Positions 24,501 through 36,300 of a stretch of 64,000 nt of DNA are shown here, in pieces (the stretch's first letter is position 1; every line of letters begins with the position of its first letter). The stretch is from the NCBI GenBank assembly GCA_965178125.1, contig OZ237768.1, forward strand, positions 558,001 through 622,000. The letters run 5' to 3'. The position numbers and the translations under genes are program-made. The notes under the pieces are model-generated. The model was given only the letters and a program-made list of their open reading frames with translations. It searched no databases and was not told the DNA's origin. The stretch is from Bilabrum cf. latius (lineage: Eukaryota).

Positions 24501-27500
24501 CTCGGGTTTGGAAGCAGGGCGCCTCAACTGCCTCGAGTGCCTCAGGTTTGGAAGCAGGGCGCCTCAACTGCCTCAAGTGCCTCGGATGGGGAAGCAGGGC
24601 GCCCCAACTGCCTCGAGTGCCTCGGATGGGGAAGCAGGGCGCCTCAACTGCCTCGAATGCCTCGGATGGGGAAGCAGGGCGCCTCAACTGCCTCGAGTGC
24701 CTCGGATGGGGAAGCAGGGCGCCTCAACTGCCTCAAGTGCCTCAGGTGTGGAAGGGCGCCTCAACTGCCTCAAGTGCCTCGGATGGGGAGGCAGGGCGCC
24801 TCAACTGCCTCGAGTGCCTCAGGTGTGGAAGGGCGCCTCAACTGCCTCGAGTGCCTCAGGTTTGGAAGCAGGGCGCCTCAACTGCCTCGAGTGCCTCAGG
24901 TTTGGAAGCAGGGCGCCTCAACTGCCTCGAGTGCCTCGGATGGGGAAGCAGGGCGCCTTAACTGTCTCAAGTGCCTCGGATGGGGAAGCAGGGCGCCTCA
25001 ACTGCCTCAAGTGCCTCGGGTTTGGAAGCAGGGCGCCTCAACTGCCTCAAGTGCCTCAGGTGTGGAAGGGCTGCTTTGACCAGAGCAACGCAGACTTTGG
25101 CATGTGGTACACACAGCTGTTCGACTTCCCAGCAACCATCCGACGCCGAACAGCAATGGCCGAGCTCGATTTGGAAAGGATGGCAAAGTTTGACAAGCAG
25201 CAGCCAGCAGCGGAAAAGGTGAAGGCGGGGACCCAAAGCGCCAGCAGTGCACCCGACGCGCGGGCCGATGGGGAGAGATCACAGGGGGTGCCCGGAGGCG
25301 AGCCTGAATCTAGCGATGACGATGTACAGGTGGTGGGGGTGGTGGAAACGAAGGATGACTCGAGCGTAGTGTCAAACCAGACGTGGGATGAGACCGGAAG
25401 CGAATCGAGCGATGGGAATGCCGACGAGTTCCGGCTGCCGCCGATGGGACAATCATTCGCGCAGCACGAGGTCGATCATCGTCCGCGCAGAGACGAGGCG
25501 ATTGCGGAAGGAGAAGAAGTCTTCGGTGGCCCGCTTTCCCTGGACAGCGCAGCGTTGGGCCATTTGAACGCCTACGAGGTGCAAGCACTGGAAACTCCCA
25601 CCGAACAAGAGGCGGCTGCCAGGCGGAAGGCCGTAGTCGACAAGGCGCTCGAGGCACTGGAAAGGTCTGGTGCGCTAACTGTGAGCCAGCTGGCAGACGC
25701 TCGACCCTACCTGGCAGCCATCCGAGGAGGTACGCCCTCCATGGGACCCCTGCCTACATCGGGAGAGATGGCGGCCCTGGCCTTTATGATGTTCGCCCCG
25801 ATCTCCAAAGCGAGTCCAGGAAAAAAGGGGGAGGAGGCAACCATCGGAAGAATCGATGGGGCGGCTGTCGAGATGAGATACTTCAGGCGGCTGCGGGGCC
25901 AAGGATGGGTCAAAGACCAGTGCGTACATTTTTGCCAGCGCCTGCTGGTCCACGAGTGCAAAGGGGGGTCCAAATTTACGAGAGCCGTTCGGCTCGGGCT
26001 CGGAAGAGCCGAGGCGGTGTACCAGCGCGGGCGTGCCTTGCGGCTGCAAGAACCTGCTGCTGCACGGGGGGGGCGTCCCGGCGCAGCGCCTCGTACTACG
26101 AGGCTGGATGGCTACAGGGAATTGCCAGAGCGCGTGAACGTTATGAAATTCCCCACCGTGCGAGTTTAGGGTCCGTTCGGGACTGCGGGCCGCAAGGCAC
26201 ATATGACCACAAGCTTCTTAGCCGAGAGGCTGATCACCACCGGCGCACCGAAGGACGAGTCATTTACCGCAGGGGCCGCCGGTCTGCTACCAAGCAAGTA
26301 CGGCAAGTCTCAACGGGCGCGCAGGGGTAAGCTGCCCAGAGAGGGGCTTGCGTACGAGTACGCGAACGTACGTCGGTGGCTGTTTTCACGACATTGCGTG
26401 GAGCTGCCGCACCTGGACTGTCTGTTGATACCGATCAACACCAACAAATCGCACTGGGCCACGTTCGAGCTCGACGTGCGAAGCCACTCGCGATTGTTGA
26501 CCCTCTACGACAGCCTCTCGCGGCGATCGGACCCGCTGGCTCCCAACAGGCACGGCTTCCACCTCGGAGCTGCGCTGCACGCATGGATTGCGGATGAGGG
26601 TCGGGCGGCGATTGAGAGAAGAGCTTGCAATCACATGCCGGGGGCGGCAGTGGCCGAGTAGGGCGAGGACGCCTCTGCTCCGGGCCGGGACGCGGGGGGG
26701 GGTGCCGGGGCGCACGCAGGCGCATTGACGAGGGCAAGCAAACAGGCGCGAGGACATTCAGGGGGCAAGGGGGCGGGGGCGGCCCTTGTTCCCACCAAGG
26801 CGGTGGATTTCCGCATGCTGCTGGCGAAACACGGCCAGCAGCAGGACAACTACGTCGACTGCGGGGTGTTTGCGGTGGAACACGCTCGGTGCCTGCTGCG
26901 GAAAGACGCCAACCCACCCACCCGACACCTCGAGGACGACATCGACACGCGCCACGGAACGATCCGCGCCACTGACTTTCAATATGATTTCACGCAGGCG
27001 GACATCCCAGGCATCCGCAGGCGGATCGCCCTCGAAATTCTCAGGGCTGGCCCCAGAGCAGACGGGCACGGGATCCGGCGATGCCTGCGCCGTGCCGGGC
27101 TGAGGGAGGCGAAAGGGGGGGAGGAGGTCGTGGACATCGAGCCGGGGCCCGTGGGGTGCAGCCCACCTAGCGCGCTGGCCCTACGGAACCAGCTGCTCGC
27201 AAGCACGTTCAGAAGGGTTGCCAGCATCCGCGATTTTGCCCACGTCGCGGAGAACCGGCACGGCGTGGACTTGCTCGCCTTGGGCGACATGGCCCTCCGA
27301 TCGCCAGCGGACTTTGACCCCACGGACGCGATGGCGCACGCCTATGCGAGCAGCAGCAAGGCTGGCGGAGCTCCACCGCTGGACGATGAAGACGAGACGA
27401 GACAGCGCGGCGCGCTCAACATCGTCAAGGTGTTCGGGATGATGATGGGGTACGTGGACAACCGGAGAGATCCGCGCGCGTACGAGAGGCACACGATGCC

Positions 27501-30500
27501 ACGAGCCCTAACCCAGAGACTGGCCCTCCCGATCGGCGACCCGATGCGATTGCGCGTGGATGACGTGATCATGGCACGTGGCAAATGGTTCAACCCCTTC
27601 TCGCGGCAGTTTGTGTTCATCCCAATGGTCCGAAAAGGCCACTTCAGCCTCGCCATCCTCTGCAACGCGGCCTTGGCGCTGCCCACGAACGACGAGGCGC
27701 TCGAGGAAGCCGCGAGGGTGCGAGCTGCGCGTGGAGGTGCTGAGAGGAGAGACGAGGCCGGGATGAAGCGGGGGGGGCAGCTTGCGAACAGCAAGTCTGC
27801 ATCGACAGGTAGGGGGGCGGCGAGCGGTGCGTAGCCGGCGAGCGGCGAGTCGCATGCGGACTCGGTGCCAGGCGACAGGGGAGCGGCGTCGGAGGCGGCG
27901 GCGGCGGCAGGGTCGCCACCGCCCAGCGAAGCAGGCGGCCGCAAAGGTGCGGTGGATACGCAGGACGACGGACTCGGACGAGCAGCACGAGACTGGAAGT
28001 CGCTGCAGAGCGAGATCGAACAGGCGGAAGAACCGGCCCGAACCGCTGGCCCCTCGAGCGCGGCATGGAACATAAGGGCCGGTCTGGAGGCTCTGCGGGA
28101 CCGACTGGGCCAATGGGACGAGGACGAGACGCCGCCCACCGCGCTGCAACAGGCCGCAACATTGCTCGACATGGACCACATGGAGGAAAAAGAGTGGTTG
28201 GCGATGCAGCGCGCCAGCGACGCGCTGGGGCTGGATTTGACGGACATCGAACGCGCCGCACGACGGCCCGGGCTCGACTTGTCCTTGGCCGGACCTTCGA
28301 GCGGAGCCGGTGATGACTCTTTGGGGGCCGCAGAGCACGGGGACGGAGGCGCACAGGACAAATCACCAGTGGGGATGAAAGGCGGCGGGCGCCTTGTGCG
28401 CGAGTGCGCGGCGAGCGCACTCGCTGGAGCGTACGAGTCCTTGGTGGTGCCGGCCCTGCAGTCTCGGGACGGCAGGAGGGCCGAGGCTGCGGTACGGGCG
28501 GCCTCCTCTCTTCTCCACATCGCGCGAGGCTCCAGCTCTTTGGAGGACGAGCAGACCGAGGACCTCGAAGCCCTCCGGGCGTACATTGGAGTCACCAGCG
28601 GGGCTCGTGAGCCGGAGCACGCAACGGACCGTGCACTTCGTGAATACGCTCAGGCCTGCCCCGAGACGGAGCAGATCCCCAGGCACCCCTACGAGTGCAT
28701 CCGATACGGCTGCGGGAAGGAGTCGGGTGGCGCGGGGAAGACGGTGGGATAGGCGGGCAGCACGGGTCCCGTGCCACCCCCCACCGGCCAGCGCGCGTCT
28801 CCTACGTCCTCCTCGTCGTCGACAGCAGCCTCCTCCTCGTCCTCCGCCTCGTCTGCGCCATTCTCTTCTTCCTCTTCCTCCTCCTCGTCTGTGCCATACT
28901 CTCTGCCCGCGGTAGCGATCGCAGGCGCCGGGGGGGCTCTTGAGGAGCAAGCAGCACCGGAGGGGGGGCACGGTGGGGACTACCGGGGCCTCCACGTCCC
29001 GCACGAAATGACGACGGACGCGGGGTAGCTGAGAGCGGCCACGGAGAGGGTCTGCATGGGGCACGCCCGGTGGCGTCTGCAGGGGCTGCGCCGGGCGCAC
29101 GAGGTGCGCAGGCAGGCCTACAGGGACCAGGCGGTGGCAGCGGGCAGGGCGGATCTGGGCCTCGCGACCCTGTCACAGCTGTGGGACTCCCTGGCCGTCG
29201 CGGCGCGAGACACGGTAGTGCCGGATCAGGACGCGGCCGCGAAAGGCGCGGTCAAGCTCGCACGCGACCTGCGGGCGGTGGTGGGGGCGCTGCAGGGGGG
29301 CGTGCAGCAGCTCCAGACAGGTGTCCCCGAGCGCAAGGCCGCTGGGGGGGCATCGGGTCAGCGGCTTGGGTCCAAGCGGGCCCGGCCTGGCTCGGTAGAC
29401 AAGGAGCCCTAGGCATCGGAACGTGCTTTGCGCGTTGGAACGCTAGAAAGGGCTTAGGAGCAGCCGAGCACAGAGGGCAACACAAGCGCCAAACGAAGAC
29501 GAGTGGATGGTGACGACACGGAGGGGTCCTAGGAGCCCCCCGAAGCTGGGGATGCAGAACCGGGCATCTAGTCGCGCCGCGAGACGATGCGGATGCTCGA
29601 GGGACTGATCGCGGAAGCCGGGCGGATGGAAAGGGGGCTGCGCTCGCTGGCGCACGGGATAGAGGCGTCACGGCCAGGGCTCGTTGCCGCGGCGACCGCC
29701 ATGGAAGGGGCGGCGCACCGGGCCAGGAGCAGGTCAGGGGCGGTCCGCAAGACTGAGCAGGAGGCCCGCGACACACTCAGAGCCGCTGCGGAAGCTGACG
29801 AAGCGACGGTATCCCAGAGGGTGGGCGAGGCGGACCGCCGCGGCACGACATCCGGCGGAGCGGGGGACGCCGGCGCGGCCCCCGAGCTCGCGGCAGCCAA
29901 GGGCAGCGGCAGGGGCGGCGCGGACGGGAGCAGCGGCGGCCCGTTCGGCGGCCGCGGAAGCCTAGAGTACGAGGAGCGCGAGGCCAGCCAGCCGCCGGTG
30001 GCTTGCATCGTGGTCCTCGACTCGATCAGGAGGCAACACAGCGCAACAGAGTGCGGCACGATCGTGCGGCGGTACTGCCAGCGCATGTACGAAGACCTGT
30101 ACGCCCCGGGCGAGTACCGCACCCTCGCACGGCAAGCCAGGCTGGACGGCCTGGCGGAGGGCGACCCGCAGGCGCCCAGGCGATTTCTGCACTCGGAGGA
30201 ACGGCTCCCGGTCGTCCGACCGCTCGACGCGCCGCAGCAGCCGAACGGCGTAGACTGCGGCGCGTACGTGGTGGAGTATGCCAGGCTGTGGGTCCTGCGC
30301 GCGCTCGGTCCCCACGTGACGAAGCGCGTGGTGGAGGAAGAGTTCGGCCGGTCCGCGCTCCTCGGCGAGGACGACATGATGGCGCCCGGAGGCATACCCC
30401 ACCTCCGGCGGCAGCTGGCCGAGGCGTTCATGGAGATGGCGATGGACAAGCTGGAGAGGGTGGACGAGGTGGAGGCGGCCCGCCGCCGGCTGGAGGATGA

Positions 30501-30510
30501 TGCGGATTGA
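21596..30510 (+). CDS. Giant protein with two Ulp1/SENP-type (peptidase C48) domains
   Basis: ATG 21596. In-frame intron 22782-22876, and a second intron probably spanning the minisatellite. One frame then runs from about 25084 to TGA 30510, broken only by TAG. Domain 1: GWVKDQCVHF, LLIPINTNKSHW, YDSL, QQQDNYVDCGVF, FTQADIPGIRRRI. Domain 2: FVFIPMVRKGHFSLAILCN, VVLDSI, PQQPNGVDCGAYV. Confidence 0.75.
23262..25070. repeat. Tandem minisatellite, about 45 units of 40 bp and 37 bp
   Basis: Consensus GGGCGCCTCAACTGCCTCGAGTGCCTCGGATGGGGAAGCA (40 bp), with variants ending GGTTTGGAAGCA and a 37-bp form ending AGGTGTGGAA. No unique spacers. Confidence 0.97.
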
Positions 30511-30767
30511 CTGCAGGGTTAGGCTAATTGGCCAAAACACTTTTGTTTTGCAAACTATTGCTAAATGCGTAAACAATTTGAGGCAATGAGAAAGCGATGC
30601 GACCGTCGTCAACTACCGCCCATCTTTGTTTCCAAGAGCTACCTCGTAAAATTGAACCCCCTGGTCCTCTCTTGCAAATTTCGCCGATTCATGAACACCA
30701 ACGATTCATTTGCTAGCCTGTCTAGGTTCGGGGTAATCATCTGGCTCTGGCCATACGCTGCATGCAG

Positions 30768-31290
30768 GTCCATCTGATCTCAGTGGCGATATCGATGTGG
30801 ATGGCCGAGGCAGTCGCGTGATTCAGGTTGCGGCCGGCGAAACACACACATGCGCTTTGCTAGAGGGCGGTCGGCTGCGATGCTGGGGTGCTGGTAGCCA
30901 AGGGCAGCTGGGCACTGGCGACGATGATAGTGTACTTGCTCCATCTGATCTCAGCGGCGACATCGATGTGGATGGCCGAGGCAGTCGCGTGATTCAAGTT
31001 GCGGCCGGCGAAACACACACATGCGCTTTGCTAGAGGGCGGTCGGCTGCGATGCTGGGGGGATGGATTTTTTGGGCGACTTGGTACTGGTGACGAGTTTA
31101 ATGTATTTGCTCCATCTGATCTCAGTGGCGACATCGATGTGGATGGCCGAGGCAGTCGCGTGATTCAGGTTTCGGCCGGAGAAACGCACACATGCGCTTT
31201 GCTAGAGGGCGGTCTGCTGCGATGCTGGGGCAATGGACGGTTAGGGCAGCTAGGCACTGGTAGCGATTCATCAGTGTTCCGCCCGGAGGT
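30768..31290 (+). CDS. RCC1/BLIP-II repeat exon or gene fragment (three 171-bp, 57-aa repeats)
   Basis: Near-identical units start at 30770, 30941 and 31112 and encode VIQVAAGETHTCALLEGGRLRCWGxGxxGQLGTG. Begins mid-repeat after a CAG. No clear start codon. Confidence 0.75.
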
Positions 31291-31472
31291 GCCCACGTTT
31301 GTCAATGGTCTACCCAGATTACACGTTCAAATGGCAAGAGAGTTGCCATCGTGTGTGTGCGCCCAATCATGGATGTGCTTGTCTCCTCTTGAGATGCAGC
31401 CATGGTGCGGTTATATTGAGATGCGCAAGGCTCCGGCAACAGTATTGCCCTAGTTCGCCAGTTGGGCAGCAC

Positions 31473-33250
31473 ATGGTGTTCTTCTGTGGCCTGGACGATT
31501 TACGGCCTGACCTGTATGTAGCGTATGGCCAGAGCCAGATGATTACCCCGAATCTAGACAGGCTAGCAAATGAATCATTGGTGTTTATGAACGCCTATGC
31601 CCAGCAAACAGTGTGCGCACCTAGCCGTAACAGCTTCATGACGGGAAGAGTCCCGGATCGAACACGCTCATGGAACTTCGTCCAGGACTTCAGGAGTGCA
31701 GGGATTGGCGGGGCAAATTGGACAACCATGCCTGGTTTATTCAAGCATCGTCATCATTGGGCAGTCGGAGCCGGCAAGTTGGTGAGCAAGCATGAATACA
31801 AATAACTTGTGGACTAGGGTCACCTTGGCCGTTGACAAGTGCCAGGCTGTCATTCGAAACTCTCTCTTCAATTTCCAGTTTCACGATACCACCCATTTGC
31901 ACTCGTGCCGTTTGCAGTTCCACCCGAACCTGCCTCCGAACTTCGACGGAACGAACTCGTGGAGCGACGCTGCCCTCCCATGGCTGGAAGCGAACATGGA
32001 GAATTGCCCCAAGGACGCCCCAGGACCCCAGGGCCCAGGAAACCTCAGGTGGTGCTCAATCGCGAACGAATCGGCGTACTTTGCCGATCGGACGGTGGCC
32101 GACAGGTGCATCGCACTGCTGCAGGAAGCGCCGACCAAGGGGCGCCCGTTCTTCATGGGCTGCGGATTCCAGTGAGTTGCAGCGCACTGCAGCGCAACCG
32201 CACGCAACTCCAAGTGTAGCGCCTTCACGCGCGTGTCACGGATCCCCCTCACCGATCACCGTGTCCTTTCCAATTCCCCGCAGCAAGCCTCACCTCGAGT
32301 GGCGGGCCCCTGCCTCCGCATACGCGCTGTACCCTGACCCTGCCGCTCTGCCTGCCCCCAGGCACGAAGCCATGATCGCCCCAAAGAACATGCCGCCGAT
32401 CGCGTGGCACGACTGGGGCACACCCACGGACCCGTGGACGCCCCTTCCCAACGGCACAGTGCTCGCGCTGCGAAGGGCATACTATGCCTCTTTGTCCTGG
32501 ATGGACATGCAGGTGGGCCGGCTTCTCGATGCGCTGGACGCGTCCGGCATGCGGGAGAACACGAACATCCTGCTGCACGCGGACCACGGCTGGCATCTCG
32601 CAGAGCAGGGCGAGTGGAAGAAGATGACCCTGTTCGAGAACTCCGCCAATGTGCCATTCATGGTATCATCCCCAAAGCACAAGGGGTCATGGGGCAAGCG
32701 TACCAGCGCGCTCGCAAGTCTCGTCGACGTCATGCCGACGCTGGCCGAGCTGGCGAACGTTCCTTTAATGACGAACGAAACGATCGACGGGAAGTCACTC
32801 GTACCTGTTCTGGAGGATCCCAGCGCCGCAGGCCCGAACAATGCGGCTTTCACGTAGTATCCCAGGTGTCCCAGGAACACCCAGAACGCCAGCTAGCTGT
32901 GGGACCGCAACAGCTGCCTGCAGACCAACGACAACGATTTCTTCTCCATGGGCTACTCCATCCGCACCGCCGGCTGGAGGTACACAGAATGGGCACAATG
33001 GAACGGCACTGCCCTGGGGCCCAGCTGGGAGCAAGATCTGCTCGGGAAGGAGCTGTACGACCACAGGCAGGACGGGTTTCCCAAGCGCTTCGATGCATTC
33101 GAGCTGGAGAATCTGGCGGGCGAGCCGCAGTACGCTGCGCTAGTGCAGCAGCTGTCAGAGCAGCTCCGGTCCCACTTCAGGACTGACAGTGGTGGTGGCC
33201 CGACGCCTGCCGATTTCAGAGACGGCAGTGCAGGTATCTTGTCCTATTAA
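31473..33250 (+). CDS. Iduronate-2-sulfatase-like sulfatase (introns 31782-31917 and 32172-32283)
   Basis: Motifs DDLRPDL, TPNLDRLA, AYAQQTVCAPSRNSFMTGR (CxPSR), spliced GKL|FHP and GFH|KPHL, DHGWHL, AFT*YPRCP, MGYSIRT..WRYTEW, ELYDH. TAG at 32855 and 32894. Ends TAA. 5' end uncertain. Confidence 0.9.
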
Positions 33251-33317
33251 TGTGTACCACATGTAGCCACAAGGTAAGCTTTTGTGCGAGAGCTTTACAG
33301 AAGTTTGGCTGTGATTC

Positions 33318-36300
33318 TCAGTCGTTGAATGACCACGCGGTACCCTGCCCCGGCCCAGATGCCACCACGCCGCCCGGGCCCGTCGCCCCCTGACCCTGAC
33401 CCCTTGACGAGTGCTGGGCGCTGCCACCGCCATCCGACGTGTCATCCTGGGATACCTTGGAGGAGGTCGCGCTGAAGTTCGCCAGGCGCATGGTGGGCAA
33501 AGGCGACGCCTCCGAGCTGCCGGTTTGCCCACCCCCATGGCTGCCCCCGATCCCAGCTACCGCGCGAAGCGGACCCTTGCCACCACCGTGCGATGCACCC
33601 AGCCTCGGCACGTTCACCACTCCGTCACTGGCCCTCGACACGCTCAGCCCGCCGGTTACAACCGATGATCCCGCCCTGGAAGACGTGCCCTGGCCCCCCA
33701 CCATCCCGGACCCCATCCCGGCAGTAGCGGCAGTGGCGGTGGAGTGGCCCCCCGTCATGGCCATCCCGCGCCGACCCACAATGGGTGACGCTGCCACCGC
33801 CCCGGTGACCATGTTCCTGCCGGCACCCGCGCCTGATCCACCGGTGGAGTCGTCGCCCTGGACTGTGTGCATGGCGTTGGCGCGCGCCGCGGCTAGCCGC
33901 TGCAGGAACGTGGTGCTGCCCTGCCCACCGCTGCCGCTGGCCGGTCCCGCACCGGTATTGATTCCGGATCCGTGAGGCCCCACACCCGCGCCCGCGCGAG
34001 CACCATCGTGCGATGCACCTCCCCCAGCGCTGTTCTCCGAGGTGAGGCTCTTGAAGTGCCCCCCCTGGCTGGTGCTGCTGGCCCCGCCCCCCAAGTCCTG
34101 AGACTCGGTGTTCCCTGTCACCACGGCACCGGTGGATGAGAACCCCCCATTCTGGCTGCTGCTTGCCTCCTGGGACTTTCCCTCCGAGATGCCTCCTCCC
34201 CTTCCTCCTCCCGTCCCGCTGATGACCGCAGCCTGCTGCTGCTGCTGGGCCTGTGCCTGCTCGGCCCGTTTCCTCTTCTCCTCCTCGGCAGCAACGATCC
34301 TCCTGGATGCTTCGGACAGCTGTGCCCTCCCGTACCTGTACAGCAGCAGGTAGTACGACGTGGAAAATGAATTCCGAGTCCTCGTCAGCACCGCCTCCGT
34401 GACCTTGTGCCTGTCGAAGCCGAGCTCCCCCATCTTTCTGAGCGCTGCTTCATACAGATCCCTGGCAGGGTCGTCCGAGATCAGAAGAGATCGATCCAGG
34501 GGCATGGACAGCTGCCTGATCACTGCAGAGGCGGCGGGGGCGCACCAGGGATGCCTCCTGGCCCTACCTAGGGTGATCCGTTTCAGCGGGTCCGGGTGCA
34601 TCATCCTGCGGATCAGGTCCTTGGCGGCATTCGAGAAGTGGTCCGGGAACCGGAGCTGCGCCTGGGCGATCCGCTTGTATAGCTCCGGATAGGTCTTTGC
34701 CGTGAACGGGAAATGCCCGGCGAGGCAAGCGTAGGTCAGCACTCCCAGCGACCACACGTCCACCGGCCGGCCCAGGTACTCCTTCCTCTGGACGATCTCG
34801 GGTGCCATATAGGAGGGCGTGCCGCAGAACACCTTGAGCTTCTTTCCAGGGTCCTTGCAAGCCACGCTGAACCCGAAATCGACGAGCTTCATGTCCCTGT
34901 TGGAATCGAAGAGAACGTTCTCCAGCTTGATGTCCCTATGGATGATGCCCTCCGCGTGCATGTACTCGACCGCAAGCAAAATCTGCAGGAAGATCCGTCT
35001 CGTCTCCGCCTCTGCAAGCCTCTTCCTCTCTTTCACATAGGTGCATAGATTGCCACCCCCGGAGTATTCCATCACGATGTGGACCCTCTTCGGGCTGTCG
35101 ATCACTTCCAGCAGCCTCACAACGTGCGGGTGGTTAAGCCGCTCCATGAGCCTTATCTCCTGCTGCACCCGCTTCCAGTGGGCGGGGTCCTTCATCTTGC
35201 CTTTCTCGTACGACTTGATGGCGACCTTGGCACCGGCCAGCCTGTGCCAGCCCAAGCGAACCTTCGCGAACGAACCCTGCCCAAGGACCTTCCCGAACCC
35301 GTAGAAATCCGTCGTGGCGCGGCCGTCGAACGTCGACCCGGCCACCTGTTTTTTGAGCCGCTGCCGCTGCTCCCATTCCCGCTCCCTCTGCAGCTACCGC
35401 ATCGAATCCTTGTCGTCTCCGTGCGCGGCGCCGCTGCCGCTTGCGGAACCTCCCGCGGAGGCACCCGGTCCGCCGGCACCGGCACCGGCACCGGCACCGG
35501 CACTAGCACCGTTGGCCGAGGAGGAAGCGGACTGCTGCGACGAGGCTGACGACGAGGCGGCGCCGCCGCCTGAGGGTGCCGCCGAGGACGGTCGCGCGGC
35601 GCCGGTTCCGCTTCTGCCCGTAGAGGCAGGCTGACCCGCGGTCGCCGCCGCCGATGCGGCCGTGGCACCGGCGGACGATGACTACGCCGATGGGTCGGAA
35701 GCCCTGCCCCGCGCGAGTGCTGCGGACGTCCTCGTGGCGCTGGCCGACTTGGGCCTCGAGGCGGTTCCGCTGCCGGATTGCGCGGCGCCGCTGCCGCCGT
35801 AGCCGAGGCTGGTCTGAGAGGACGAGCCCCGGCCGCTGCGGTCGCGCGCGGCGCCGGTTGCGGAACCGCTGGCGTGCCTTGGTGGCGCCGCGCTTCCGCT
35901 GGCGCTGGTTCCGCTAGAGGCCCTGACGCGACCCGCCGAGGCGGCCCTCCGCAGGTGCTGCTGCGCCTGCATCGCACTCGTCATACCGGCACCACCTGCC
36001 ACGGGCGGCGTGTCACCATATTCGGCACCGTGGCTCGGGCCTCCGTCCCGGGCCCTGACCGCCCCCCTCCCCGCGCTCTGCGGGCGCATGGCCCTGCCGG
36101 TTCCGCTGGCCGTCCGCGCGGCGCCTGATCGCACCGCCCATGTTCCCTGGGAAGAACCGCTCTGAGCCCCTGCGGAACCGGCGCCGCGCCCTCTGGAGGA
36201 GCTGGACGCGGCGGCGACGGCCGCTTCCGCTTCCGTGACCCCGCCAGACGAGCCGGTTCCGTCGGCTGCTCGTGCCCTGGCGAGGGCGGACAGGCGCCGG

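Noticed and set aside
23262-25070. CRISPR array
   Set aside because: Units are contiguous with only three recurring tail variants and no unique spacers. There are no cas genes and the context is eukaryotic.
14570-30770. Calling this block a transposon or endogenous virus
   Set aside because: No transposase, integrase, reverse transcriptase, capsid gene or terminal repeats were identified. It is kept only as a hypothesis under findings.
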